Assembly (NCBI GenBank): GCA_902786965.1
Contig: CADAEJ010000006.1
Span: 25,805 to 89,804 of the forward strand
Direction of reading: 5' to 3'
DNA: 64,000 bases
Source: an uncultured Ruminococcus sp.
GTDB lineage: Bacteria > Bacillota > Clostridia > Oscillospirales > Ruminococcaceae
The position numbers were made by a program, and so were the translations under genes. Position 1 is the first letter of the stretch. Every line of letters starts with the position of its first letter. The notes beneath the pieces are model-generated. The model saw nothing but the letters and a program-made list of their open reading frames with translations. It was not told the DNA's origin and did no database searches. Of the stretch, positions 1 to 9,258 are shown in pieces.

Positions 1-580
1 CGGTGAGTTGTGCCTTTTGATTCTCGTCAAGTTCGCTGTAGTATTTGTCAAGCAGCGTGATGTCAAAGCTCTGCGGAGTCTGTGCGCGGTACAGCCTGCT
101 GCGGTCAAGCGTTTCGTCAACAGTTTCGCCGTCCTGCGAGCTTACCACCGTGTCAACGCACTTGACGTACGTTCCGCACGCCGAGTATTTGAGCGCACCT
201 ATGATGTTGTCCTCTATCATCTTGTCGGTCAGAAAAGGTCTGACCGCATCGTGCGTGAGTATGATGTCACCCTTTTTGACCTTGTGCGCAGCCTTTATCG
301 CCGAAACGATGTTCATTACCGTAGCGTTGCGGTCGCTGCCGCCGTCAATTACCTTTACCCGCTTTGTGTCGATGCTGTACTCCGCGAGCAGAGTGTCCAT
401 TACCTCGTGCCATTCGGGCTTTATCCCGATGTATATCTCGTCAATGTGCTTTTGCGCCGCAAATTTCTCCACCGTGTAAATGATTATCGGCTTATCAAGC
501 ACCCGTATGAATTGCTTGGGCACGTTCGAGCTTTTCATTCTCGTTCCGCTGCCGCCGGCAACTATTCCCGCAAAGATCAT
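1..580 (-). CDS. IspD/TarI-family sugar-phosphate cytidylyltransferase (N-terminal ~193 aa; the 3' end runs off the window)
   Basis: Absent from the ORF track because there is no stop inside the window. Reverse complement from the ATG at 580-578 reads MIFAGIVAGGSGTRMKSSNVPKQFIRVLDKPIIIYTVEKF...ILTHDAVRPF...YRAQTPQSF, which carries the GxGxRM and DAxRP motifs of the family. GGAG lies 8 nt upstream. Confidence 0.75.
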   Translation of the reverse strand, partial: MIFAGIVAGGSGTRMKSSNVPKQFIRVLDKPIIIYTVEKFAAQKHIDEIYIGIKPEWHEVMDTLLAEYSIDTKRVKVIDGGSDRNATVMNIVSAIKAAHKVKKGDIILTHDAVRPFLTDKMIEDNIIGALKYSACGTYVKCVDTVVSSQDGETVDETLDRSRLYRAQTPQSFDITLLDKYYSELDENQKAQLT

Positions 581-613
581 TTTGTTTTCTCCTTTTTTAC
601 CGTTCGTTTTACA

Positions 614-931
614 TCAGCTGATGCCGTATTCCTTGTTCAGATCAAGAAGATGATGACCTGCGATCGTTTTGCGCGCCACATCAATAACAATGACCATATA
701 GCAGTTTTCAGTATCCGTGAAAAGCAGAACGTGCTGATAGGTGTTTTCGCTGTTGGCATAAACCGCTTCTATCAGATGACCGCAGTATCCGTATTGCGAT
801 ATCAGACCGCTGCGCGCCAGCTCGTGCGCATAATCCCATATATCCGTTATCTGCTCGGCTGTGTCGGTAACGTTCTTCATACCGCCCTGCATAGTCTGAA
901 TATACTTTTGTTCATCAAGCTCTGTCAGCAT
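614..931 (-). CDS. hypothetical small acidic cytoplasmic protein (105 aa)
   Basis: Clean ORF between prs-like and tarI-like genes on the same strand. No recognisable motif and a weak RBS. Confidence 0.5.
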   Translation of the reverse strand: MLTELDEQKYIQTMQGGMKNVTDTAEQITDIWDYAHELARSGLISQYGYCGHLIEAVYANSENTYQHVLLFTDTENCYMVIVIDVARKTIAGHHLLDLNKEYGIS

Positions 932-995
932 ATGTGTATCACTTTTTTTTCTGAATAAACAGCGCCCCCCGCATTGCGAGGAGCGCCAGACTGTC

Positions 996-2144
996 TTACT
1001 TTATGTCGTACTTTTTGAGCAGCGCCTGTATCTTCGAGTGAGGATCAATAACATTTGATATCGAAAGATCGTGATTGAGCGATGCGATATAGTAAGCAAT
1101 ATACTTAGCACAGTCGACCTCGTGGAACCACGGGCTTGAAAGAAGCTCGGGAGTCCTGTATGTGAGGTTCGTGCCGAAAACTCCGTCGATTATGCCGTCT
1201 GCATAAGCCTTGTCGAAGGCCTCCAGACCGTTTGTGAATATCGGATATGTAGCGTAGCAGAAGATCCTGTTAGCCTTGCGCTTTTTCAGCTCGATAGCGA
1301 TGTCGAGCATAGATTCGCCAGAGGATATGATATCGTCAGCAACAAATATATCCTTTCCTGTAACGTCATTACCCATATACTCGTGTGCAACGATAGGGTT
1401 TCTGCCGTTTACGATAGTAGAGTAGTCACGTCTTTTGTAGAACATACCCAGGTCAACACCGAGTATAGACGCATAGTACATATTTCTGCTGATAGCACCC
1501 TCGTCAGGTGAAACTATCATATAGTGATCCTTGTTAGGCTTGAAATCTTCGATGCTTCTGAACATAGCCTTAAGCACCTGATAGGAAGGAATAATGTTGT
1601 CAAAGCCCATAAGCGGGATAGCGTTCTGAACTCTCGGGTCGTGAGCGTCAAATGTAAGGATGTTTGAAACGCCCATAGCCTGAAGCTCCTGAAGAGCAAC
1701 TGCGCAGTCGAGCGACTCGCGGTAGTTTCTTCTGTGCTGTCTGCCGCCGTAAAGGGTAGGCATTATAACATTTATTCTGTGGGTCTTTCCGCTTGCCGCC
1801 TGGATTATCCTCTTGAGATCCTGATAGTGATCGTCAGGTGACATACAGTTGAGCTGTCCGAAAAGCTTGTACTTGCAGTTGTAGTTGCCCACATCGCACA
1901 GAATGAAAAGATCGTTTCCTCTTACAGTCTGCTTGATAAGTCCCTTGCCGTCGCCCGAAGAAAATCTCGGACAGTCAGCTTCTACAAGGAAAGTGTCCAC
2001 TGCATACTCATTTTCGTTTGCCCAGTTAGTAAGATACCAGTTGACCTTCTCTCCAAGATCTTTAGCGCCGTCCATAGCTATAAGTCCCAAAGGAGCGACT
2101 CTTGAATTGTTGTCAAAAAGTATCTTGTCAGCGTTATTACCCAT
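996..2144 (-). CDS. prs: ribose-phosphate pyrophosphokinase, long (~382 aa) form
   Basis: PRPP-synthetase-like sequence (IMPTLYGGRQHRR, TFDAHDPRVQN, PRPP loop VADDIISSGESM). I moved the start to the ATG at 2144, which has GGAGG 8 nt upstream (MGNNADKI...). Confidence 0.8.
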   Translation of the reverse strand: MGNNADKILFDNNSRVAPLGLIAMDGAKDLGEKVNWYLTNWANENEYAVDTFLVEADCPRFSSGDGKGLIKQTVRGNDLFILCDVGNYNCKYKLFGQLNCMSPDDHYQDLKRIIQAASGKTHRINVIMPTLYGGRQHRRNYRESLDCAVALQELQAMGVSNILTFDAHDPRVQNAIPLMGFDNIIPSYQVLKAMFRSIEDFKPNKDHYMIVSPDEGAISRNMYYASILGVDLGMFYKRRDYSTIVNGRNPIVAHEYMGNDVTGKDIFVADDIISSGESMLDIAIELKKRKANRIFCYATYPIFTNGLEAFDKAYADGIIDGVFGTNLTYRTPELLSSPWFHEVDCAKYIAYYIASLNHDLSISNVIDPHSKIQALLKKYDIK

Positions 2145-2384
2145 TATTTCTTCCTCCGTATCCACAAATTTACAGCCGCACAGACTGCATCGCATACAAA
2201 CTAATTATACTGCACTTTTCGACAATTTACAATACCCTTTGCGCTATTTTCCAAATTTCAACCTTTTGAACAAAAACGAACCGCCTGACCATAAAATATT
2301 ATACATAAAACGCATAGTGTGGATAGTTACCAAAAAAGTTCACAGTATAGCGCCTTTTTTGTAATGTGTAATTAACCTAAATGC

Positions 2385-2413
2385 TTGCATTTTAATAGCA
2401 AATGTTGTATAAT
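2385..2413 (+). promoter_or_regulatory. sigma-A-type promoter upstream of murD
   Basis: TTGCAT (2385-2390), 17 nt spacer, TATAAT (2408-2413). Confidence 0.5.
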
Positions 2414-2511
2414 ATAATGGATTAGGTATGCGCGGTCAAGGGCTTGCGAAATGCCAAAAACTGCGCATCAGTGCCTTATTTTCAGCAAATCATAGTGAGG
2501 AGTATGTGTTT

Positions 2512-3903
2512 ATGACAAGGTCACAAAGGTATTTCAGCGAAATGAAAACAAAGAGAGTAGCCTTTATCGGCGTAGGTGTCAGCCACCTCGCGCTTATCAG
2601 ACTGTTTCTCTCAAAGGGCATAAAGGTCGTTATCTGCGACCAGAAGGAAAAGGACGATTTTGACGAGGCTATCTACGAGGAATTCGTGGCAAAGGGTGCG
2701 GATTTCTCGCTCGGCAAGGATTACATAAACGAGATATATAACTGCGATGTTGTTTTCAGAACGCCCGGCTTTTACTTCAATCGCCCCGAGCTTGAAAAGG
2801 CAAGGCAGATGGGCATAGTAGTAACGAGCGAAATGGAAACATTCTTTGACCTTTGCCCCTGCAGGACATACGGTGTAACAGGCTCTGACGGCAAGACCAC
2901 GACCACCACGCTTATCAGCGAGTTCCTCAAGGCAGAGGGCAAGCGCGTGCATATCGGCGGAAACATCGGCAAGGCACTTCTGCCGATAGTTGAAACTATC
3001 TCCGAGGCGGACGTTGCAGTTGTCGAGCTTTCAAGCTTCCAGCTTATCTCCATGCGCGAATCTCCCGATGTAGCGGGCATAACAAATATCAGACCCAACC
3101 ACCTCAATGTCCATAAGGATATGCAGGAGTATATCGACTCCAAAAAGAATCTTATCCTGCATCAGAACGCCTACTCAAAGACCGTTCTGAGCTATGATGA
3201 CGAAACGACCAGGAGCCTTAATGACTGTGTGCGCGGAAATCTGCGTTATTTCAGCCGTACCACAATGCCCGACAACGGCAGCTTCCTGCGCGATGACGGT
3301 ATGCTTTGCTACAACGACCACGGCAAAGTCACCGAGTACGTTCATATGAAGGACATCAGGATACCGGGTATGCACAATGTCGAGGACTACCTCACCGCTA
3401 TCGCAATGACCTACGGCGATGTTTCCGTCCAGAGCGTTGTAAACGTAGCAAAGACTTTCGGCGGTGTCGAGCATAGGATAGAGTTCGTGCGCGAGCTTGA
3501 CGGAGTGAAATACTATAACAATTCCATCGCATCAAGCCCTACACGAGTTCTTGCCTGCCTTGATGCCTTTGACCAGAAGCAGATAATGATACAGGGCGGC
3601 TCCGATAAGGGCATATCCTTTGCTCCGATGGCAGACGCGCTTTGCGAAAAGGTCAAGGTGCTCATCCTTATGGGCGAGACCGCGCAGAAGATAGAGGACG
3701 CCGTCAAGGCATCCGAAAAGTACGACCCTGCAAACATTCGTATAGTTAGAGTCGCAGATATGGCAGAGGCGGTCGAGATAGCTCACCACTACGCCGTTGA
3801 GGGCGATATAGTCTCGCTTTCGCCTGCGTGTGCAAGCTTTGATATGTACAGAATGTTCGAGGACAGAGGCAGACATTTCAAACAGCTCGTCAACGAGCTT
3901 TAA
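2512..3903 (+). CDS. murD: UDP-N-acetylmuramoyl-L-alanine--D-glutamate ligase
   Basis: Mur ligase P-loop GVTGSDGKTTTT and a MurD-type C-terminus SPACASFDMYRMFEDRGRHFK. Start placed at ATG 2512 after GAGGAG. Confidence 0.85.
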   Translation: MTRSQRYFSEMKTKRVAFIGVGVSHLALIRLFLSKGIKVVICDQKEKDDFDEAIYEEFVAKGADFSLGKDYINEIYNCDVVFRTPGFYFNRPELEKARQMGIVVTSEMETFFDLCPCRTYGVTGSDGKTTTTTLISEFLKAEGKRVHIGGNIGKALLPIVETISEADVAVVELSSFQLISMRESPDVAGITNIRPNHLNVHKDMQEYIDSKKNLILHQNAYSKTVLSYDDETTRSLNDCVRGNLRYFSRTTMPDNGSFLRDDGMLCYNDHGKVTEYVHMKDIRIPGMHNVEDYLTAIAMTYGDVSVQSVVNVAKTFGGVEHRIEFVRELDGVKYYNNSIASSPTRVLACLDAFDQKQIMIQGGSDKGISFAPMADALCEKVKVLILMGETAQKIEDAVKASEKYDPANIRIVRVADMAEAVEIAHHYAVEGDIVSLSPACASFDMYRMFEDRGRHFKQLVNEL

Positions 3904-3915
3904 AGGAAAGATCAT

Positions 3916-4932
3916 ATGGAACTTCTAAAAACTCTCACCGAGCTTTGCGCACAGCGCGGAGTTTCGGGCGATGAAAAAACGGCAAGCGAGAAAGCCGCAC
4001 AGCTTTTGAGCGAATATGCAGACGTATCGACCGATCCATTCGGCAACGTCTGCGGCACAGTCGGCTCGCACGATGACAGTAAGCAGACGCTTCTGCTTGA
4101 AGCGCATATCGACGAGATAGGAATGATCGTCACCTATATCACCGATGACGGATTTTTGAAGATCTCGCCATGCGGCGGTACGGACGAAAGGGTGCTGACC
4201 GCACAGCAGGTCACAGTCTGCGGCAGAAAGAGCATCACGGGCGTGGTCACATCTATCCCGCCCCACCTGCAAAAAGACGGCGAAAGCGGCGACAGCGCGA
4301 GCATTTACGTTGATATCGGTATGACCAAAGCACAGGCTGAAAAGATCGTTTCGCTCGGCGACAGGGTGCTTGTCGAGAATACGCTCGAGCTTATGCGCGG
4401 ACATATCGTTACATCAAAGGCACTTGACGACAGAAGCGGCGTGGCGGCGGTGCTTCTTGCACTTGATAAGCTCAAAGGCAAGCAGACAAATTACAACATC
4501 AGCGTGCTTTTTGCCGCGCAGGAGGAAACAGGCGAGCGCGGTGCGCAGACGGGCGCTTTCAGTATCGCTCCCGACCTCGCTGTTGCAGTCGATGTTTCCT
4601 TTGCAAAAACGCATTTTGAAAGCGAGGAGGACTGCGGCATAATGGGCAAGGGCACTATGATAGGCGTTTCGCCGAGCCTTTGCAGAGAGCTTTCGCAAGC
4701 CTTTATCGACACCGCACAGCAAAAAGAGATACCGTATCAGATAGAAGTGATGAACGGCAAAACAGGCACAGATGCCGATAAGATAAGCGTTACAAAATCG
4801 GGCGTAAAAACAGTCACCCTGTCGATACCGCTCAAATATATGCACACTCCCGTCGAGGTGCTTGACCTGCGCGATATCGACTATACTGCGTCGCTTATCG
4901 CAGAATTTGCACAAGGCAGGTGTGAGATATGA
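3916..4932 (+). CDS. M42 family metallopeptidase (FrvX/glutamyl aminopeptidase-like)
   Basis: N-terminal LxxLxxxxGVSGDE, HIDEIGMIV and ALDDRSG motifs typical of M42. Confidence 0.8.
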   Translation: MELLKTLTELCAQRGVSGDEKTASEKAAQLLSEYADVSTDPFGNVCGTVGSHDDSKQTLLLEAHIDEIGMIVTYITDDGFLKISPCGGTDERVLTAQQVTVCGRKSITGVVTSIPPHLQKDGESGDSASIYVDIGMTKAQAEKIVSLGDRVLVENTLELMRGHIVTSKALDDRSGVAAVLLALDKLKGKQTNYNISVLFAAQEETGERGAQTGAFSIAPDLAVAVDVSFAKTHFESEEDCGIMGKGTMIGVSPSLCRELSQAFIDTAQQKEIPYQIEVMNGKTGTDADKISVTKSGVKTVTLSIPLKYMHTPVEVLDLRDIDYTASLIAEFAQGRCEI

Positions 4933-5948
4933 CAGAATTGCTAAAACAGCTTTGCCTGCTTGACGGCATATCGGGCGACGAGGGACGCGTGCGCGATTTT
5001 ATAATCTCACAGATAAAAGACTGCGCCGAGATAACCGTTGACCCGCTGGGCAGCATCATCGCCTTTTGCAAGGGCGAGCAGACACCAAAAAACAAAGTCC
5101 TCGTTTCCGCGCATATGGACGAGGTCGGAATGATAGTCACCTATATCAATGCGGACGGCACGCTCAAATGCGACTGTGTCGGCGGAGTTGATCCCAAGGT
5201 CGTCTACGGCAAGCGCGTAAGAGTCGGCAGGGATAAGATACTCGGCGTCATCGCAGGTACAGCGATACACAACGTTCCAAAGGCTGACCGCAGCAAAGCC
5301 GTGCCTTTTGATAAGCTTGTTATCGACATTGGCTGTGAGAGCAGACAGGAGGCGGAAAAGCTCGTCAGACAGGGCGACAGCGTTTGCTTTGTTTCCGATT
5401 TCACCCGCTTCGGTGACGGCTTTGTTAAATGCAAGGCGATAGATGACAGGGCAGGCTGTGCGATCATGATACAGCTCATAAAGGACAGACCAAAGTTCGA
5501 TACCTATTTCACTTTTGTTGTGCAGGAGGAGATCGGTCTGCGCGGTGCAGCTGCCGCAAGCTATACCGTTGCCCCCGACTTTGCATTCGTGCTTGAGGCA
5601 ACTACCGCCTCGGATATCCCCGAAAGCGAGAACGAGAAAAAGGTCTGCGAGCTTGGAAAGGGCGCAGTAGTATCGTATATGGACAGACACACTATCTACG
5701 ATAAAGAGATGTACTCGCTTGCGTTTGAGACCGCAAAAGAGAACTCCATTCCCGTTCAGACCAAATCGGTCATAGCGGGCGGAAATGATGCAGGCGCTAT
5801 TCACCTTTCGCGCGGCGGCGTGAGAACGACAGCTATCTCGCTGCCGTGCAGGTATCTGCACTCACCGAGCTGCGTTATAAACGAGCGCGATATGCAAAGC
5901 GCGTATGACCTTGTAAAACTACTTTTGAACAGGACTTACAATAAATGA
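4929..5948 (+). CDS. M42 family metallopeptidase (paralog)
   Basis: GISGDE, HMDEVGMIV, AIDDRAG, VQEEIGLRGA. The ATGA start overlaps the upstream stop. Confidence 0.8.
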   Translation: MTELLKQLCLLDGISGDEGRVRDFIISQIKDCAEITVDPLGSIIAFCKGEQTPKNKVLVSAHMDEVGMIVTYINADGTLKCDCVGGVDPKVVYGKRVRVGRDKILGVIAGTAIHNVPKADRSKAVPFDKLVIDIGCESRQEAEKLVRQGDSVCFVSDFTRFGDGFVKCKAIDDRAGCAIMIQLIKDRPKFDTYFTFVVQEEIGLRGAAAASYTVAPDFAFVLEATTASDIPESENEKKVCELGKGAVVSYMDRHTIYDKEMYSLAFETAKENSIPVQTKSVIAGGNDAGAIHLSRGGVRTTAISLPCRYLHSPSCVINERDMQSAYDLVKLLLNRTYNK

Positions 5949-6730
5949 TCTATCAGCTTAACGAGCCTACAATAAATGCTCATATGCTTGAAAAGCTCAC
6001 CCCGAACAACTATACACGGCGCATTAAATCGCACTTTCTTGCCTACTCGACCAAGTACGAGTTCTGCCGCTTTTTCGCAGTGGATGACTACGACAGTCAC
6101 CTCGGCATTATCTGCGTTTTCAATTCGTCAATGATGGTATCGGCTTTTGAGGGAGTGACTTTCAGCGAGGATACGCTCTCCGAGGTAGCGTCATTCATAG
6201 TAATGAACAAGCCGTACTCGGTCGAGTTTCCCGTGCAGTATGCACCTGCGCTCGAAAGAATGTGCAGTATAGAATATCTTGGCGATAAGCGTACAGAGTT
6301 TGCGTTTTCCGCAGCAGGTGAGCTGCCCGAGCTTGATGTGCAGGAGCTTCCGCGCCTTGATGATGTTTTCAATATCCTTGCAGACTGTTTCCCCGCGATA
6401 AAGAACAACCACGGACTGTGGCTCACAGATACCTCGCACCGCGTGCGCAGAGGTCTTGCACAGAGCTTTATCCTTGAAGGCTGCACCACAGCGACCGTGC
6501 AGTACATAATCGACAGGGTAGCGCTGATAGGCCACGTCGGTACGCTGCCCGAGGAAAGAGGCAAGCACCATGCGCGCAGGCTGCTTTACTGGATAGGCGA
6601 AAAGCTCACGGCTGACGGCTTTGAGGTACGGCTGTTTGCCCGTCCGCACCGCGTAAGCTATTACGAGGAGATAGGCTTCAAAAAGTGCGGACTTGATATA
6701 GTTTTAGAGAGAAAAGATAAAGATTTTTAG
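5945..6730 (+). CDS. GNAT-family N-acetyltransferase (C-terminal GNAT fold)
   Basis: C-terminal half has a GNAT motif A-like GTLPEERGKHHARRLL...YYEEIGFK. Translationally coupled to the M42 genes. Confidence 0.55.
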   Translation: MIYQLNEPTINAHMLEKLTPNNYTRRIKSHFLAYSTKYEFCRFFAVDDYDSHLGIICVFNSSMMVSAFEGVTFSEDTLSEVASFIVMNKPYSVEFPVQYAPALERMCSIEYLGDKRTEFAFSAAGELPELDVQELPRLDDVFNILADCFPAIKNNHGLWLTDTSHRVRRGLAQSFILEGCTTATVQYIIDRVALIGHVGTLPEERGKHHARRLLYWIGEKLTADGFEVRLFARPHRVSYYEEIGFKKCGLDIVLERKDKDF

Positions 6731-6748
6731 AACAATAAGGAGAACAAT

Positions 6749-7087
6749 ATGATACTCACAGTAGTAAGCACGATCGTTTCATTTTCGCTTATGCTCGGCG
6801 GGATACTTATGAAGATAAGTGCCAATAAGCCCATAAGCGAAACAGTCGGCTTCAGAACACACAAGGCGATGCTCAACGTCACCAACTGGCACAATGCCAA
6901 CAGCAAATGCGGCAGCTTGTGGCTGCTGACAGGCGCAGCAGGCTTTGCACTGACGATGCTTATCCCGCTTGTGATAATGCCAAGGCTCAATACAAATGCC
7001 GATGTTGTCTTGCAGATCCTGCCGCTCGCAGCACAGATAATTTCATCTGCTGCCTGCGCAGTCCACGTTGAAAGAAGCCTTAAATAA
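6749..7087 (+). CDS. SdpI/YhfL-family small membrane protein
   Basis: 112 aa with 3 predicted TM segments. The GFRT..A......W..A motif resembles the SdpI family. AAGGAG RBS. Confidence 0.55.
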   Translation: MILTVVSTIVSFSLMLGGILMKISANKPISETVGFRTHKAMLNVTNWHNANSKCGSLWLLTGAAGFALTMLIPLVIMPRLNTNADVVLQILPLAAQIISSAACAVHVERSLK

Positions 7088-7113
7088 GTCTCTTACGGGT
7101 GGTGTATTAAGTT

Positions 7114-7923
7114 ATGGTGCATTCCCAGACGCAGCAGATAGTTTTTACAGGCTCCGTACTGTCAGGATATTTCCTTTCGGGCGTTGTGTATATCTTGCTG
7201 CCGATAGCTGCATACCTGCTGATGATGCACCGCAAAGCCGCAAGGTTTTACCCCGTTGTCACAGGTGTTATAGTCTATTTTATAGCAGAACGCTTCAGCG
7301 CACTTTTTGCAAGCCTTTTCGGTGCTTCTCAGGGCTTTATGAGCAAGACGGTGATAGCAGCCGAGATAATCTGCTACCTTGAAGAAACGGGACGGTATTT
7401 TGCTATGAAATATCCCGTCACCGATATTAAAAACACCAGCTCCGCCGTTTGCTACGGCATCGGTCACGCAGGGCTTGAATGCTTTATCCGCGCATATCAG
7501 AAGTTTCAGATCTATTCTTACGGACAGCGCCTTAACAGCAAAGGGCTTGACAGCTTTATATCGGGCAAATCGGCTGAAAAGGCAGACTCAATGACACGGC
7601 AGCTGCAAACCTATGCAGACCATTCGCTGTTTTTAAGTATCGTTGACTCGCTCGGCAGCATCGTGACCTTTGGAGTGCAGATAGCACTTTCACTTCTGAT
7701 ATTCAAGAAGATCCACTATGAAAAACGCTGGCTGCTTTTGGCGATACTTCTGCACCTTTTTGTGAACTTCGCCGTGTGGCTCGCATCGCTCGCTGACGAT
7801 CCGCTGTTTACCGATTTTATAGGCATCATAGCAGGCGGTGCTGTGATTGCGATAGTGTTCAGGATCATCGGCTTGCGAAATTGTATGAATGAACTAAAAA
7901 ATACATCAGGCAAAATAAGATAA
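7114..7923 (+). CDS. YhfC-family intramembrane metalloprotease
   Basis: Polytopic membrane protein with LEETGRY and GIGHAGLE motifs characteristic of YhfC/DUF2324. Confidence 0.65.
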   Translation: MVHSQTQQIVFTGSVLSGYFLSGVVYILLPIAAYLLMMHRKAARFYPVVTGVIVYFIAERFSALFASLFGASQGFMSKTVIAAEIICYLEETGRYFAMKYPVTDIKNTSSAVCYGIGHAGLECFIRAYQKFQIYSYGQRLNSKGLDSFISGKSAEKADSMTRQLQTYADHSLFLSIVDSLGSIVTFGVQIALSLLIFKKIHYEKRWLLLAILLHLFVNFAVWLASLADDPLFTDFIGIIAGGAVIAIVFRIIGLRNCMNELKNTSGKIR

Positions 7924-7958
7924 ACCGATCTATAATTAAAAATCAAAGGAAGATAATA

Positions 7959-9257
7959 ATGACAGAAAACTTGTTTGGAATAGATGAACGTATCCTCGCA
8001 CTTGCGCACGAGGCTGAAAAAGAGTGTGAGCAGATGTTCGCACAGACGGACGAGATAGCCCGCTTCAACGGCGAAAAGGTGCTCAAAGCCTTTATTGATA
8101 ACCGCGTCAGCGAGAGCTGCCTTAAAGGCACAACGGGCTACGGCTACGGCGACTGCGGCAGAGATACGCTCGATAAGGTTTTTGCACAGGCATTTGGAGG
8201 CGAGGACGCTATCGTTCGCCACACCTTTGTCAACGGCACGCACGCGCTTTCCACCGCGCTGTTCGGCGCATTGCGAATGGGCGATACGCTGCTTTCCTGC
8301 GTCGGCAGACCGTACGATACCCTTGAGGGAGTGATAGGTCTTACAGGCGAAAAGGGCTCGGGCTCGCTTATTGATTTCGGCGTTAAGTACGAGCAGGTCG
8401 ACCTTGTCAACGAGCAGGCTCCCGACCTTGACGCGATAGCACAAAAGGCGAAAAGTGCAAAGGTCGCGTATATCCAGCGCTCGAGAGGATACTCCCTGCG
8501 CCCGTCACTCAGCGTTGAGATAATAGGTAAGATAGCACAGGCTGCAAAGTCAGCAAACCCCAATATAATCGTTATGGTCGATAACTGCTACGGCGAGTTC
8601 GTCGAAAAGCGCGAGCCGCTTTCGGTCGGTGCAGACCTTATAATAGGCTCGCTTATCAAAAACCTTATAATAGGCTCGCTTATCAAAAATCCGGGCGGCG
8701 GCATCGCAAGCACGGGCGGATACATCTGCGGCAGGGCAGATCTCGTTGAAAAGTGTGCCGACAGGCTCACCTGCGTCGGTATGGGCAAAGAGGTCGGCTG
8801 TACGCTTTCGCAGAACAGAGAAATGCTGCTCGGCTTTTTCCTCTCGCCGCAGACTGTCGCAAATGCCGTAAAGACCTCGGTATTCGCGTGCAGACTTTTT
8901 GAAAAGCTCGGCTTTAAAACCCTCCCCGAAAGCAGCGAAACACGAACCGACATCATCGCATCTGTCCTGCTTGAAAACGAGCAGAACCTCACAGCGTTTT
9001 GTCAGGGCATACAAAAAGGCTCACCTGTCGACAGCTTTGTAACCCCCGAAGCGTGGGATATGCCGGGGTACGAAAGCAAGGTAATAATGGCAGCGGGAGC
9101 GTTCACAATGGGCGCATCTATCGAGCTCTCGGCAGACGCACCGATAAGAGAGCCGTTTGCTGCGTGGCTGCAAGGCGGCATAACCTACCCAAGCGGCAGA
9201 ATGGGGATACTCGTTGCCGCAAACGAGATGTGCAAAAAAGGACTGTTAAGACTTTGA
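7959..9257 (+). CDS. YnbB / methionine gamma-lyase-family PLP enzyme ('aluminium resistance protein' family)
   Basis: Family-like sequence throughout (GYGYGDxGRD, GTHA, SLIKNPGGG). Contains an internal 9-aa duplication. Confidence 0.75.
   Translation: MTENLFGIDERILALAHEAEKECEQMFAQTDEIARFNGEKVLKAFIDNRVSESCLKGTTGYGYGDCGRDTLDKVFAQAFGGEDAIVRHTFVNGTHALSTALFGALRMGDTLLSCVGRPYDTLEGVIGLTGEKGSGSLIDFGVKYEQVDLVNEQAPDLDAIAQKAKSAKVAYIQRSRGYSLRPSLSVEIIGKIAQAAKSANPNIIVMVDNCYGEFVEKREPLSVGADLIIGSLIKNLIIGSLIKNPGGGIASTGGYICGRADLVEKCADRLTCVGMGKEVGCTLSQNREMLLGFFLSPQTVANAVKTSVFACRLFEKLGFKTLPESSETRTDIIASVLLENEQNLTAFCQGIQKGSPVDSFVTPEAWDMPGYESKVIMAAGAFTMGASIELSADAPIREPFAAWLQGGITYPSGRMGILVAANEMCKKGLLRL
8637..8690 (+). 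repeat. 27-bp perfect-but-one tandem duplication inside ynbB (LIIGSLIKN x2)
   Basis: CTTATAATAGGCTCGCTTATCAAAAAC (8637-8663) is followed directly by CTTATAATAGGCTCGCTTATCAAAAAT (8664-8690). Codon-aligned and in frame. Confidence 0.95.
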
Positions 9258-9258
9258 G

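Noticed and set aside
8-958. 316-aa plus-strand ORF covering the start of the window
   Set aside because: It lies antisense to two well-supported minus-strand genes (tarI-like at 1-580 and the 105-aa ORF). Its composition is R/V/L-rich, it has no RBS and it carries no motifs. The minus-strand reading gives clear IspD/TarI motifs.
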